A stretch of 64,000 nt of DNA from Corallochytrium limacisporum Hawaii. Taxonomy: Eukaryota; Protista; Pluriformea. The DNA is taken from contig PDIP01000030.1 in the NCBI GenBank assembly GCA_002811645.1, positions 86,481-150,480 of the forward strand, in the 5' to 3' direction. The stretch's first letter is position 1, and each line of letters opens with the position of its first letter. The notes beneath the pieces were generated by a model. That model made no database searches. It was given only the letters and a program-made list of their open reading frames with translations, and was not told the origin of the DNA. A program made the position numbers and the translations under genes. Shown here one piece after another: positions 45,863 to 55,973 of this stretch.

Positions 45863-46939
45863 TTACGATGTGTCCATGCCATCTTGTCTCGTTCGGGCCA
45901 TTGCGATTTGGGCGATTTCACTGCCAGTGGCCGGATCCATGACGTTACTAATGGTTTCATGGTTCAGACTGGCCTCGTAGGCATAGTTGATGGTTGTGTC
46001 TGTGATTGGGCATCCGAAGTGGCTAAGGAGTCGTATGCAATTTCTGGTTCGGGCAATAGCTTTGCGCAGATCACGCCCGACTGGTGCTGCTTTGCGATCC
46101 TCTTCACGGGTAGCATCGCCTAGGTGTCGTGTACCTTCTGTGCCCTTTGTGGTTGGCGGCCCAACGTAAATATATCCGTTCAGGCCCAAAATCACGTGCA
46201 CTCCATTGCCCAGATCATGGAAATGATTCTTGCGCCGCAGAACAAGAATGCTCGGAACGACTACGATACATCCACCACCGTTGCCACCAAGCCGTCCGTA
46301 CTTCGTGCTTCGTGCATGGAGTACTAGTGTACCATCGCTGGCTTGCACCGATTGGACTTCCGCACTAATCAAGTCTCCTTCTTGCAAGTACTGCCGCATG
46401 GCCAGTTCATCTTCCTGACTTCGCCGACGAATAGCTCCGCCAGGCAAATTGACGCTGGACAGGGCCAGTATACCATCAACGCGTGATGCAACATCCACTT
46501 TCCACCGACGATTTGTTACCGCCATAATCCGGCCGACCACAACATCGCCTACTTCACCGACGTAGCGACTGCGGATTCCTTTAACATACACCAAGCGGTT
46601 CACGCGCTCTACCGTGCCCGCAACAGAAGAACGAAGAGCCTCGCCTTCGCCGTGGCCTTCCTCTGCTTCAAGTTTGACTCCGTCTGCATCAATCATCATG
46701 TCCTCATGCGTAGTTTTGAAGCTTTCCGCAGTACCGATGTATGTACCGTGGCCCCTTACAACACCTTCATCTCCCTCAGTGATTATTTGTCCCGGGACCA
46801 CAAGTCGCTGCATTGCAGCTTGTACCTGATTCGAGTCGGCAAAGCCCTGTGCATTCTTGGAAAAGGCTTGAACACCCTCTGCATAAGTCAGAGGTGACAG
46901 AATCTTGTATCCTGCATGAGCTGTATCCGCAACCGACAT
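45863..46939 (-). CDS. RRP4: Exosome complex component RRP4/EXOSC2
   Basis: VVPGQII...RGHGTY, SSVAGTVERVNRL, RYVGEVGDVVVGRI, LSSVNLPGG..RR, EGDLISAEVQ, ILGLNGYI. Confidence 0.97.
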   Translation of the reverse strand: MSVADTAHAGYKILSPLTYAEGVQAFSKNAQGFADSNQVQAAMQRLVVPGQIITEGDEGVVRGHGTYIGTAESFKTTHEDMMIDADGVKLEAEEGHGEGEALRSSVAGTVERVNRLVYVKGIRSRYVGEVGDVVVGRIMAVTNRRWKVDVASRVDGILALSSVNLPGGAIRRRSQEDELAMRQYLQEGDLISAEVQSVQASDGTLVLHARSTKYGRLGGNGGGCIVVVPSILVLRRKNHFHDLGNGVHVILGLNGYIYVGPPTTKGTEGTRHLGDATREEDRKAAPVGRDLRKAIARTRNCIRLLSHFGCPITDTTINYAYEASLNHETISNVMDPATGSEIAQIAMARTRQDGMDTS

Positions 46940-47146
46940 TGCTGAAAGAAAGTCCTCTTCTGCTACTACACCATATCTAAAGCCCGAGTCTCAACTCACT
47001 GAAGCAAAGCAGAATGCATAACCATGTTTAAAACCTAGAGCGTCCTATGGATCATGCTAATATTTCCAATCTTCGTAATTTTCAAATAGCGTTACTGTGG
47101 TCGTGCCGCTTGTAAGCCCCCCACAAGGGCAGACTGAATGCAAGAA

Positions 47147-47171
47147 CCCCCCCCCCCCCGGGGGGAGGGGG
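47147..47171. promoter_or_regulatory. C13-G6-A-G5 element in the RRP4/RPP21 divergent region
   Basis: Thirteen C, six G, a, five G; recurrent motif. Confidence 0.5.
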
Positions 47172-47550
47172 CCAAAACCGTTCTCACCTGCAGAATACAG
47201 CCAACTCCCCCCACGCAGATGGCTATCGGCGGGTCTCGCCCGGTGCTCTTCAGGGAGAGGGAGAGGCAGCAGAGGGGTGGGTTCCCGCTGTGAGTGGAAT
47301 TTCCCCCGCTAGGACGCAATTCCAGCCGGGGAATGGCGAGGAGGCACATTAGAATGGATGAACAATTTGCAGGAAAGAGCTGGCTGGTACTTGATGATTG
47401 GGGACAAGCCACTCGGTTTGTGCTGTGTCAGGTTATGACGCTCGTTCAGAGTATTTTTATCGACGGAATCTGCAGAGCGCAGAATAAGGATCACTATTTA
47501 CCAGGTTCAAATGTAACTTAACCTTGCGGTGTTCCCGTGGTAGTCGTACA

Positions 47551-48357
47551 ATGTCGCAGTCGCCACAGACAGCACAGAGCGAGTCCTCCAACGACCGCCA
47601 GGACGAATTGGAGACGCTTGGTTACCTCTGGAGGGTATGCAATCACTACGCAACAATTGATCTAGGTCTGGCAGCACAGGCGGGCAAACGGATTCTTTCA
47701 CTGGCATCCGAGGGCGACATTCGCTTAAGCCGGCCAATATATTCACGACTGTGCAACAAATGTGGCTGTCCAATGTTACCAGGTCTGTCGTCCCGTGTTC
47801 GAAATAGGCAAGAGTCTTCGTTTAGACGTCGCGGGTCAGGAGCGGATGCGATATTCCGAGTCGACATGTTCGATGCACGCAGAAAGACGATGGAGGCACT
47901 TTCGATGCCCACAAGGACGTCGATGATACAGAGCTGTGTTTTGTGTGGCTCTGCCTTGAGCTTTCTTGGTGCGAAGCGGATGCTGACCCAAAGAAAGGCA
48001 GCGGACCATGTCAAATCTATGCGTATCCGCGCGCCAGCCTACTCTGCTGATACATCACCCCTCAAACCGGGCACTGTGAACAAGGCATCCAAGCATAGAC
48101 GACAGGACCTCAGAGTGGCAGCTATAGCGGGAGGTGGCCTCAGCAAGAGTGCACCCACTACACCGCAGCGCAAGATTGATTTTCTAGGGCTTGGGACACC
48201 AGGTATGACGGCTGCGGTGTCGACTGTAGACCAGAGCTCCAGCAGCACCGGCAGCAAGAAGAAAAAGAAAAAGAAGTCAAGTCTCCGTTCCGAGGTTGGG
48301 CCCGGATCAAAGTCATCCACGCCGAGTTCGTCCGGTTTCAGCTTTCTTAGACGCTAA
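47551..48357 (+). CDS. RNase P/MRP subunit RPP21/Rpr2/Snm1-like zinc-ribbon protein
   Basis: LGYLW, CNKCGCPMLPG..SRVR and CVLCG (two CxxC pairs); basic low-complexity tail. Confidence 0.82.
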   Translation: MSQSPQTAQSESSNDRQDELETLGYLWRVCNHYATIDLGLAAQAGKRILSLASEGDIRLSRPIYSRLCNKCGCPMLPGLSSRVRNRQESSFRRRGSGADAIFRVDMFDARRKTMEALSMPTRTSMIQSCVLCGSALSFLGAKRMLTQRKAADHVKSMRIRAPAYSADTSPLKPGTVNKASKHRRQDLRVAAIAGGGLSKSAPTTPQRKIDFLGLGTPGMTAAVSTVDQSSSSTGSKKKKKKKSSLRSEVGPGSKSSTPSSSGFSFLRR

Positions 48358-48391
48358 TTCGCTGTACTTGTTCTTAATATATATTACATTG

Positions 48392-49441
48392 TTATCTTCT
48401 TCTACGAATTCTGCCAGCCGTGAGTTGTACAGCACCTTCCTCGTCATCATCTTCATCAGTTGCATTGTCGTCGCCTGGCTTGGTCGCAGATTTCGTTTCA
48501 TCCTCGTCCGCGTGACCTTTCGTTACAACGTCCTCAATGGTACCATCTGCAACACCTTTCGTTGATGATGCTGCAGCGTTGTTTGCATTGAGCATTTGTT
48601 CCAGCTCACTCGTGTCAGCATCTTCACTTGTGTCATCTGCCACTTCATCATCTCCGGCGTCTTCAGATCTCTCCGTGTCCGGGTCACCTTCATCCACTGA
48701 CATGGCCTCATCAAAGTTCTTTGCTGGAGGAACCCGTTTTCCATTCGTTGGCACTGGCTTTTCCGACGAAGATGCAAATTTAAGGGCCTCAAGTTGTTCT
48801 TCAAGCTGACGAATTCTTTCCTTCTTCTCGTTCAAAATCGGTAGGAAGTTCTGCACAAGCTCTACCTCCAGTTGGTCCCTAGAGTCTAATTGATCGTGCA
48901 AATTCCGTATGTTCAATGTAAAACCTTCCAGACTATTGCTGGCCAAGGCTTCATATTCTCTGTGCTGAAACTTAAGGAACCTTCTGTCCTCCAACATGTG
49001 CAACATAAACTCAGTGGATGCTTTGGACGACATGTCTTCACCATGTGAGCGATCTTTCGCAACCTTCTTCAACTCGTATTCATCCAGAATTGGGTACCGG
49101 CCGCCATCTTTCTGATGACGGATGCTCAAGACGCTATCCCCGTTCTCAACAAATGCAAGTCCGGCCTTGAACGGGCGACCTTTCTGCGGTCCTTCGCAAG
49201 GGTCCACTGTCTCTAAATACTCTAGGGCGGCAACGATGTCTTTCCCAAGCATCTTACCCCGGAGACTGTGCTGCAGAGCAAAGTAGTAACTTGGCTTGGC
49301 TGTCGAGCATAACCGAACATCCTCTACTTGGCCCGGTGTGCCACGCACGAGAACTGCTGCTACATTGTTCTCGAGGTCACCACTTTCCGACTTATTTAGT
49401 GGAAGGGCAAAGACAAAAGTCCGCGAGCGATCAGCGGCCAT
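48392..49441 (-). CDS. XRCC4: DNA repair protein XRCC4-like (non-homologous end joining)
   Basis: Coiled coil LEVELVQNFLPILNEKKERIRQL resembles XRCC4 [23 protein letters not shown]; acidic tail with basic terminus; divergent head. First ATG at 49441. Confidence 0.8.
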   Translation of the reverse strand: MAADRSRTFVFALPLNKSESGDLENNVAAVLVRGTPGQVEDVRLCSTAKPSYYFALQHSLRGKMLGKDIVAALEYLETVDPCEGPQKGRPFKAGLAFVENGDSVLSIRHQKDGGRYPILDEYELKKVAKDRSHGEDMSSKASTEFMLHMLEDRRFLKFQHREYEALASNSLEGFTLNIRNLHDQLDSRDQLEVELVQNFLPILNEKKERIRQLEEQLEALKFASSSEKPVPTNGKRVPPAKNFDEAMSVDEGDPDTERSEDAGDDEVADDTSEDADTSELEQMLNANNAAASSTKGVADGTIEDVVTKGHADEDETKSATKPGDDNATDEDDDEEGAVQLTAGRIRRRR

Positions 49442-49640
49442 CGCTCCTCTGCTTCGATCTACAGGTCCTCTCAATTGGTTCACATTGTGTCCATTCCGGC
49501 AATCCCATTAGGCCACACCATTTTTCATGCTTGCCAACTGCCACGGTTCTGTTTCTCCAAGTAGCTGCACCAGGAAGGTATGAGATCCGCTGAGGCAGGA
49601 AGACCCGCCCTACCCTGGGGACATATGCAATGGACGAGAA

Positions 49641-49661
49641 CCCCTCCGGGTGGGGGGGGGG
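49641..49661. promoter_or_regulatory. C4-T-CCGGG-T-G10 element at the centre of the XRCC4/Scm3-like divergent region
   Basis: cccctccgggt followed by ten G; about 200 bp and 170 bp from the two ATGs. Confidence 0.5.
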
Positions 49662-49828
49662 TTTGGGCGCGAAGGCTGCAAAATTGAAGAGTGGTTCCAA
49701 TCTCTCTGCAGGACATCATACTGGGTCGGTGCGAAAGCCGCTGACTGGAGTGAAATCTATTTCAAGAAACATGCAACTTGAGTGAGGCTCACTCCAGGAG
49801 GCACTGATGCCCAAGATTTTAGAGAAAT

Positions 49829-50302
49829 ATGGTGGCATACGAAGAACAATTGCAAGGGCTTCGGCTCCACAATCGACAGGTTCGGACCAGTTTTGCGACG
49901 AGCTTGAGGGCCATTATAGACTTGTTCGAGAATTTTGACGAAGGCGAAGACGCACCATCACTTGATGTTGCAGAGGATCCAGGCAGTCCAACTACAGAGC
50001 CAGAAGAGCCCATAGGGAAAGAAAACGATAGTGGTGATGTGGAGTACAATGAAACTTACCAGAAAGCAGCTGAGGGGTTACACCAGCGACTGGCTTACAT
50101 GCGAACGAAATATCGGGAAAATGACACGCAGGAGTATTTTGCGCGGGATGCACTCCCAAGCGGAAATTCACTGACAAAGGGAAATAGTCGGCAGCATGCG
50201 ACTGGGGATCTCATGGAGGATCGTGCCAAGCGGAATTTGTGCTTGCAACATGGACTTCCAGTCTGTTTTGAATGCGCTGTGAGTGGTGCCTATGAATACT
50301 GA
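49829..50302 (+). CDS. Putative Scm3/HJURP-like CENP-A chaperone
   Basis: RQVRTSFATSLRAIIDLFENFDEGEDAPSLDV resembles the Scm3 domain; a second similar helix QKAAEGLHQRLAYMRTKY; C-terminal CxxH...CFEC cluster. Confidence 0.5.
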   Translation: MVAYEEQLQGLRLHNRQVRTSFATSLRAIIDLFENFDEGEDAPSLDVAEDPGSPTTEPEEPIGKENDSGDVEYNETYQKAAEGLHQRLAYMRTKYRENDTQEYFARDALPSGNSLTKGNSRQHATGDLMEDRAKRNLCLQHGLPVCFECAVSGAYEY

Positions 50303-50354
50303 CCTTGCGGACCTACCACAAGTCCAAAATGTAAATAAAGAACTTTTTGTAATC

Positions 50355-53300
50355 TTATAAGCGCATACGCTTTTCCCTGTTATCGTCATCACTGTCATCA
50401 CTTCTCTCCTTTCTAAATCTGTTGTACGTCAGTTTAAAGTCGCGCACAGTCGACCGCTTCATGTTTTTGGTGAAGTTCTTCTTGGTCTTCTGGTCCATTT
50501 CAATCAGATACCGCTCACAGGTCTCGATGGCAAAGACCAGGCCGGGAATGGCAACCGCCTCGTTCTCAGTCCGTAGCGCACCCTTGATCCCCGCTGCCTT
50601 GCGCTTCTTACCCTTGCCACCTTTGCTTTTGGGGAGGCTGTCGTCTACATCCTCGAGTGCACCGTCACCGTGGAGCTCCCGATTCTGTTTCTCCGCATGA
50701 TGCATCCGCTGTTGGTATAATGTGAGCATTTCTAATGCACGGGGAGTGAGCGCAACCACACGATTTACCAATCTCTGGAGCAAGTTGGCACCGGAAAAGG
50801 ACTGTCGCGCCGCAGATTTGGACACATACTTGGCTGTGGCTGTGATGGCACCATACAGAGCACGGAAGCAGCGTAAGAGCAGACCAAAATGTTCGTTTTC
50901 CACTGGTTTGTAGGTTGAAAGCTCCGCCATGGCAGCAGTGAGAAAGCAGAGCGAGGTGAAAAGCTGCTCATTGCACACAGAGCGGTCCATACCAAGCTGA
51001 TCCTGACCCTCGTTGCCGCTCGGTCTGTCATTCTGAGTATCCTGAGGCCCTAGCACAACAGATCCACCATTCTGGGCTGCTGTACCGGGCAGGGTAGAGC
51101 TGAGATGTACAATTGCATCAGCACAATATCCGATCATTGTCTCAGTTGTTTTCAGGACTTCCACAGCAAGAACTCTTGCGCTTGCTGGAGTAAGGATTCC
51201 AACAATGCCCTGCTCAGCAGTAGCGCTGTCTTCATTTACACCCGTGTTGGCGATGTCTTGCGCAAATTGCCAAATGATGCGAATAGATTTCGCGTCCTCC
51301 AAAGGTAAGGTCATGAACAATACCCTAACTAAAGCCTTACAAGCAGGAACATCTGTGTTGCCCATAGCCTCATTGGTCAATGCTAGGTTCAAGCAGTTTT
51401 TGTGCAGGTTCGCATGACATGATGTCCAGTTGGTTCGGACCAAAGATTCGAGTGTTCCTAAGAGTAAACTCTTGCACTTTGCCAGCTCAGCAACTTGCGA
51501 GTCCGAGCAGAGCTGCACTAGATTGAAGACAACACTGGACCAAGTTTCTGAACCACCATCAAGTGCTTGCCGCAATAGATCTTCGGCACGGTTCCCTGGC
51601 AGAGCCATACAAGCCTCCAATGCGATACACAATGTGTTGATGGCCATGATCCCAGTGTCTGTGCCATTCTTTTCGCAATTGATGAGGCCATCGGTCATCT
51701 CCTTAGCGTACTTTAAAGTCTGAATGATGAGCTGCCGTAGAGCTTTGGCGCAGAAGATCCCGGTGACCGGGGGTTGGTGGGAAGCTGATTGCTTGAGCAG
51801 GGCACACGCATCATTCAGTTTGGTCATTATAAACTTCAGCAGTTGCACGGATCCTGAGTCATGGGGTCTGTTGATATTCGTCGCATCCTCTTCCAGGAAG
51901 AGGTAGTCGGTGATCTTCATCAAGGACATCGGGGCAATGGACGACCGTGTAATGCCGCTTGGGTGATGGAATGCCCCGACCCTCTTTCCACCAATGTGGG
52001 CCCCATTCTCACCAATAGCTTCTTCCAGTTTACGAGCTTTTCCTGCGAGTGTGACCATGCTCGACATATCCTTGCCAATCGTGAATGCATAGCTCACACA
52101 GCTGTCAAAAAGTCTGAGCATTAGGCTCGCCTTGAGTAGATTTGTCACACCTATGTCGGACTTATTGGAATACACACTCTGCTTATCAAGGCTAAAGTCT
52201 TCTAGGTCACTCTGTGCAAATCTCTTGTACAAGGAATCCATTAAGGATACAGCCTTATCGTACTCTGACGACTCCGCAGCATCTGTCTGACTATAGGACA
52301 GTAGAAGACTAGTGATACAATCCATCAATGCATGCAAAGGCTCCAGGAGACGGGGTGGTCCGTTCTTACTGTCTACGGCCTGATCCACGTACAGAGGTGG
52401 CATAGCAGACTCTGATTGGGGAGAGAACAATTGAAGGCGTGCACACTGAACCGCCAGCAGAAAGTCTCGCGTTTCCGATGACAGTGGCTTGCCAGCAATG
52501 ATGTAACCATAGAGGACTGACTTCTCGAAGGAATCCTCATCAATTATCTTACTCAACAGATCAGGAAATGCCACTGCTCCTGTTATTCCATCATCAAGAC
52601 CTGGAAATGAAGTCTGTGACATTGGAACCCCACCTTGACTCATTTGGGAGGAGCGACCTCTTTGCGCATCTGCAGCGATCTTGTTCAGCTTTACCAAACA
52701 GTATGAGGCAACCATTTGCACAGAGGGTACTGTAGAGAAGAAGGATTTCCGGATCATCACTTCCAGCCCATTGCGAAGGGAATGCATGTAAGGGAACAGA
52801 AGGCTCATAGCGTCAATGTAAATGAAAGACAAACTGTGATCCATGACAGTCACTTCCAGTAAGGTATCTCCCAGAAGCGAGCTGAACCCCAGACACTCGC
52901 TCCGATTCCGTTTGATAATGAACCGTAGAGCATATGCATACAAGGCACCTAGCTCCTTGCGGCGCTGCTTATCATTATGTGCAACAGACACTTTCATACA
53001 AATGTCTCGGAGTATTGCATATCGGTGTGGACTTGATGTCGCAAAAGCGTGCTCGGTTAAGATGATAAGCTGCTGTGCCACCTCAGGAAGATTAGAGTCC
53101 AACGCAATCAAACCATACTTTGAAGCAACTTTGCGGAATCCGGAATGCAGTACTTCAAGTGCGTGACTGATCATCCCGTCCCATCCATAACGACTGCAGT
53201 CAATGAGTTCCAAGAGCACGCGGCTGAATCCCGGAGGTCCGTCCTTGAGGGCCCCTTTAGCCGTCCAATTTCTGACCATGGATTGTTTATCCGTGGGATC

Positions 53301-54644
53301 CCACTCTGAAATCAATTTGTCCGCGCAGAAGTCATACACTCTACTTGGATGATTTTGTTGGTCAGCAAGGTTCAGGAGGACAGCGATTGTTGATGGACTT
53401 CCCAAAGCAATTTCACCTGAAAGGAACTTCTTGCTAATAACTTTTCCCAAGCTCTTGTTGGTCCCAAACATCAACCTTAAATGCATGAGGACAGTTCCTT
53501 CTGTATGCCGCAGATGCAGAATACTATGAGTGTTCTGAGAAGCGGTGTCCTCGCGAATGTCAGAAGAATCAGCATTTGGACTTTCGTCTGACCTCGCACT
53601 GGAGTTTGCCACTAAGTCATGTTGTGCCAGGACCTTGATAATGGCGGTACAGGTGTCAACGACAAACCTCTGAGTCTTTGAGTTAGTTGGCGTGGTATGT
53701 GCCTCCGCAAAGTGCATCAATTGATAGGCGGCGCCAGGCAGCTCGTCAGTATGCAGAGACAACATGGATGTTTTGCATTTTTTTATAATGACTAGCACTT
53801 CGTCTTCAGCCATTTCAATCCCCTTGAGATTATTGAGAATTTTTGTGATTACTGTGTCACCCCATTTCTGCTCACAAAGTTCCTCAATGATGAAATGCTG
53901 ATACTCGTCCACTCGTTGTCCGTCACTGAGTAAAATGTCGTCCCTCTTACTGTAGCGACAGAAGACGTTGCAGATGGGCTCTAGGAGATCAATCATAGAG
54001 TATAAGGCCTGATCCCCATTGCGGATCACTCCAACAATGCGCCCCAGGACAAATTCCAAAGTATACAGGAATCGTGAGATTTCAGAAACTGACGGAGGCA
54101 TACTGAAAATTGCATATTGCATTACACCGACAATTTCGTTAAATATCTCTGTGCCCGGTCGGTGCTCCTCTTCTTCGGTCATTGCACGAAACGTGAGCTT
54201 AAGAAGTCTCGAGTACAATTTGATGGTACTGTCATCGACTGGACGAAGGAGCACCCGAAAACACGACCTTAGTACTTTTGAAGCGTGGGGTTGTGGTATA
54301 ATATGAAGAATAGCTGGTGCAATCTCTCTAAATGGAGTGGCCATTAAGGTCTCCTTAAGTTGAGTCATCACGCTTTCCCTACGATTGTCTTGCGAGTTCG
54401 CTTGGTTGCTTCGCCCCAATATGTCCGTCAGGCGAGACTCTCCTGCCATCGCAAAGGCATCAATGTTTGAGGATAACAATGACAATTCGTTTGCCAGCGC
54501 GGCAGCGTAAACGTTTCCATCAGACACTTGGCTCCGACTAGTCGCTATATCCACATTATGACCCTGGGATCCCCCCGAAGGAGCTGAGTCCTTTGCCGAC
54601 GGCGGTGTTGGCGCGGGATCAACATTCTCCTTATCTATATCCAT
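50355..54644 (-). CDS. FANCI: Fanconi anemia group I protein
   Basis: ELPGAAYQL, LRHTEGTVLMH, MIRKSFFS (monoubiquitination-lysine context), SQ cluster, IPGLVFAIE.CE..LI...K.STVRDFKL. Confidence 0.93.
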   Translation of the reverse strand: MDIDKENVDPAPTPPSAKDSAPSGGSQGHNVDIATSRSQVSDGNVYAAALANELSLLSSNIDAFAMAGESRLTDILGRSNQANSQDNRRESVMTQLKETLMATPFREIAPAILHIIPQPHASKVLRSCFRVLLRPVDDSTIKLYSRLLKLTFRAMTEEEEHRPGTEIFNEIVGVMQYAIFSMPPSVSEISRFLYTLEFVLGRIVGVIRNGDQALYSMIDLLEPICNVFCRYSKRDDILLSDGQRVDEYQHFIIEELCEQKWGDTVITKILNNLKGIEMAEDEVLVIIKKCKTSMLSLHTDELPGAAYQLMHFAEAHTTPTNSKTQRFVVDTCTAIIKVLAQHDLVANSSARSDESPNADSSDIREDTASQNTHSILHLRHTEGTVLMHLRLMFGTNKSLGKVISKKFLSGEIALGSPSTIAVLLNLADQQNHPSRVYDFCADKLISEWDPTDKQSMVRNWTAKGALKDGPPGFSRVLLELIDCSRYGWDGMISHALEVLHSGFRKVASKYGLIALDSNLPEVAQQLIILTEHAFATSSPHRYAILRDICMKVSVAHNDKQRRKELGALYAYALRFIIKRNRSECLGFSSLLGDTLLEVTVMDHSLSFIYIDAMSLLFPYMHSLRNGLEVMIRKSFFSTVPSVQMVASYCLVKLNKIAADAQRGRSSQMSQGGVPMSQTSFPGLDDGITGAVAFPDLLSKIIDEDSFEKSVLYGYIIAGKPLSSETRDFLLAVQCARLQLFSPQSESAMPPLYVDQAVDSKNGPPRLLEPLHALMDCITSLLLSYSQTDAAESSEYDKAVSLMDSLYKRFAQSDLEDFSLDKQSVYSNKSDIGVTNLLKASLMLRLFDSCVSYAFTIGKDMSSMVTLAGKARKLEEAIGENGAHIGGKRVGAFHHPSGITRSSIAPMSLMKITDYLFLEEDATNINRPHDSGSVQLLKFIMTKLNDACALLKQSASHQPPVTGIFCAKALRQLIIQTLKYAKEMTDGLINCEKNGTDTGIMAINTLCIALEACMALPGNRAEDLLRQALDGGSETWSSVVFNLVQLCSDSQVAELAKCKSLLLGTLESLVRTNWTSCHANLHKNCLNLALTNEAMGNTDVPACKALVRVLFMTLPLEDAKSIRIIWQFAQDIANTGVNEDSATAEQGIVGILTPASARVLAVEVLKTTETMIGYCADAIVHLSSTLPGTAAQNGGSVVLGPQDTQNDRPSGNEGQDQLGMDRSVCNEQLFTSLCFLTAAMAELSTYKPVENEHFGLLLRCFRALYGAITATAKYVSKSAARQSFSGANLLQRLVNRVVALTPRALEMLTLYQQRMHHAEKQNRELHGDGALEDVDDSLPKSKGGKGKKRKAAGIKGALRTENEAVAIPGLVFAIETCERYLIEMDQKTKKNFTKNMKRSTVRDFKLTYNRFRKERSDDSDDDNREKRMRL

Positions 54645-55973
54645 TTTGCATCTGAAAGTTATGTGTTACATCCTGGTTACCAGAAAAAATGCCAGAGGAA
54701 AAGAATGTATTCTTAAGTCTATTGTCTTTCTTACTACCTCACGCTCGGTAAAGTACCTGTTTCCAAGCCATGTCTTTCCGTCCCTGAGCACAGACTCATA
54801 CCGCACCCAGGACAACCATCGGGTGAGTGAGACCCTCCCTTCAAAATCTTCGCGCGCAACTATGCCAGATCTGTCGCATCCTATACAGTACTGAATGTAC
54901 GGGCACCTAAGGAATTCAGTACATTCATTATGACGAAAGGGGGGTCCCAAACAATTTTTTTTCTAGTGTAGACGGTGTGTCCATTGGTGCGATATGGAAC
55001 GGGTCGGGAGCCCCCCAGTGTTCACGCCGGGCCACATCACCTCGGCTTTGTCCAACGCACACCAATCGCCTGCGTCCGGAAGGGGGGGAAGCCACTCCAC
55101 ATCACACCAACCCGCAGCTCCTGCAATTTTTCCTTTTTTTCTTCTCTGCAAGAGTCATCCCTACGCCCCATGCTCATTATTTATGTCCCGCGCTCACCGA
55201 CACGCCCCACACATCGTCATCTTCGTCGTCGTCGTATGCTAGATGTAAAAGGCATGGGCCATATGCACTACTATGCCATTTGTGAACACGCAGCGCGGAG
55301 GGGCCAAATCGCCGTCATCTTCATGATTGACGAGGATAATAGAAGGGGCCACCTGTGAAGTCGTGTCCGGCGCTGGAGAAGCGCGCTTCTTCGTCCCTTT
55401 TGGGGGTGGGAACCCCCATCGCTGCCCCCCCCCCCCATACATTGGAGACCACGAGCGCAGGTGCGTAAAATCGTGGTTCAGGGACACATGCACCACAACC
55501 TATGAGACACCCCTTCACCAGTGTCACGGTGAACGATACTGAATGAATGTCGCAAAGTTCAAGTGCCTGTGTTGTGTTTGGGTGCTTTTTTTTTCGCTGA
55601 TCGGGGGCAGCCTCCGCGGCCCAGCCAGTGTGCCACGATAATACGTCCAGCTAGAGAAACTGGGGGGGGGGAGGGGCCCCACACGTACCCCAGCAGGTGA
55701 CGAGTAGCGAGTCTCGCAGGTTGGGGAGTTGTCGCCGCGCAGGAACGATGGTGCCGTAGATAGAAGGTATTTTCAATGACGATATGGTCATGTGGCGATG
55801 TTGATCTCTTTCTGATAACAGGATCAATTGGATGTTCTAGTAGTTATTCATAAGCTGAGTGCGGAATGTGAAGTAGCGATGAATGTCTGTCCGGGAAGAC
55901 ACGTTGATTAGAAATGTTCGTGTAGCACCTTGGAGTCAGCATGAGGTGAATATTTAGGGAGAAATCCACAAGC

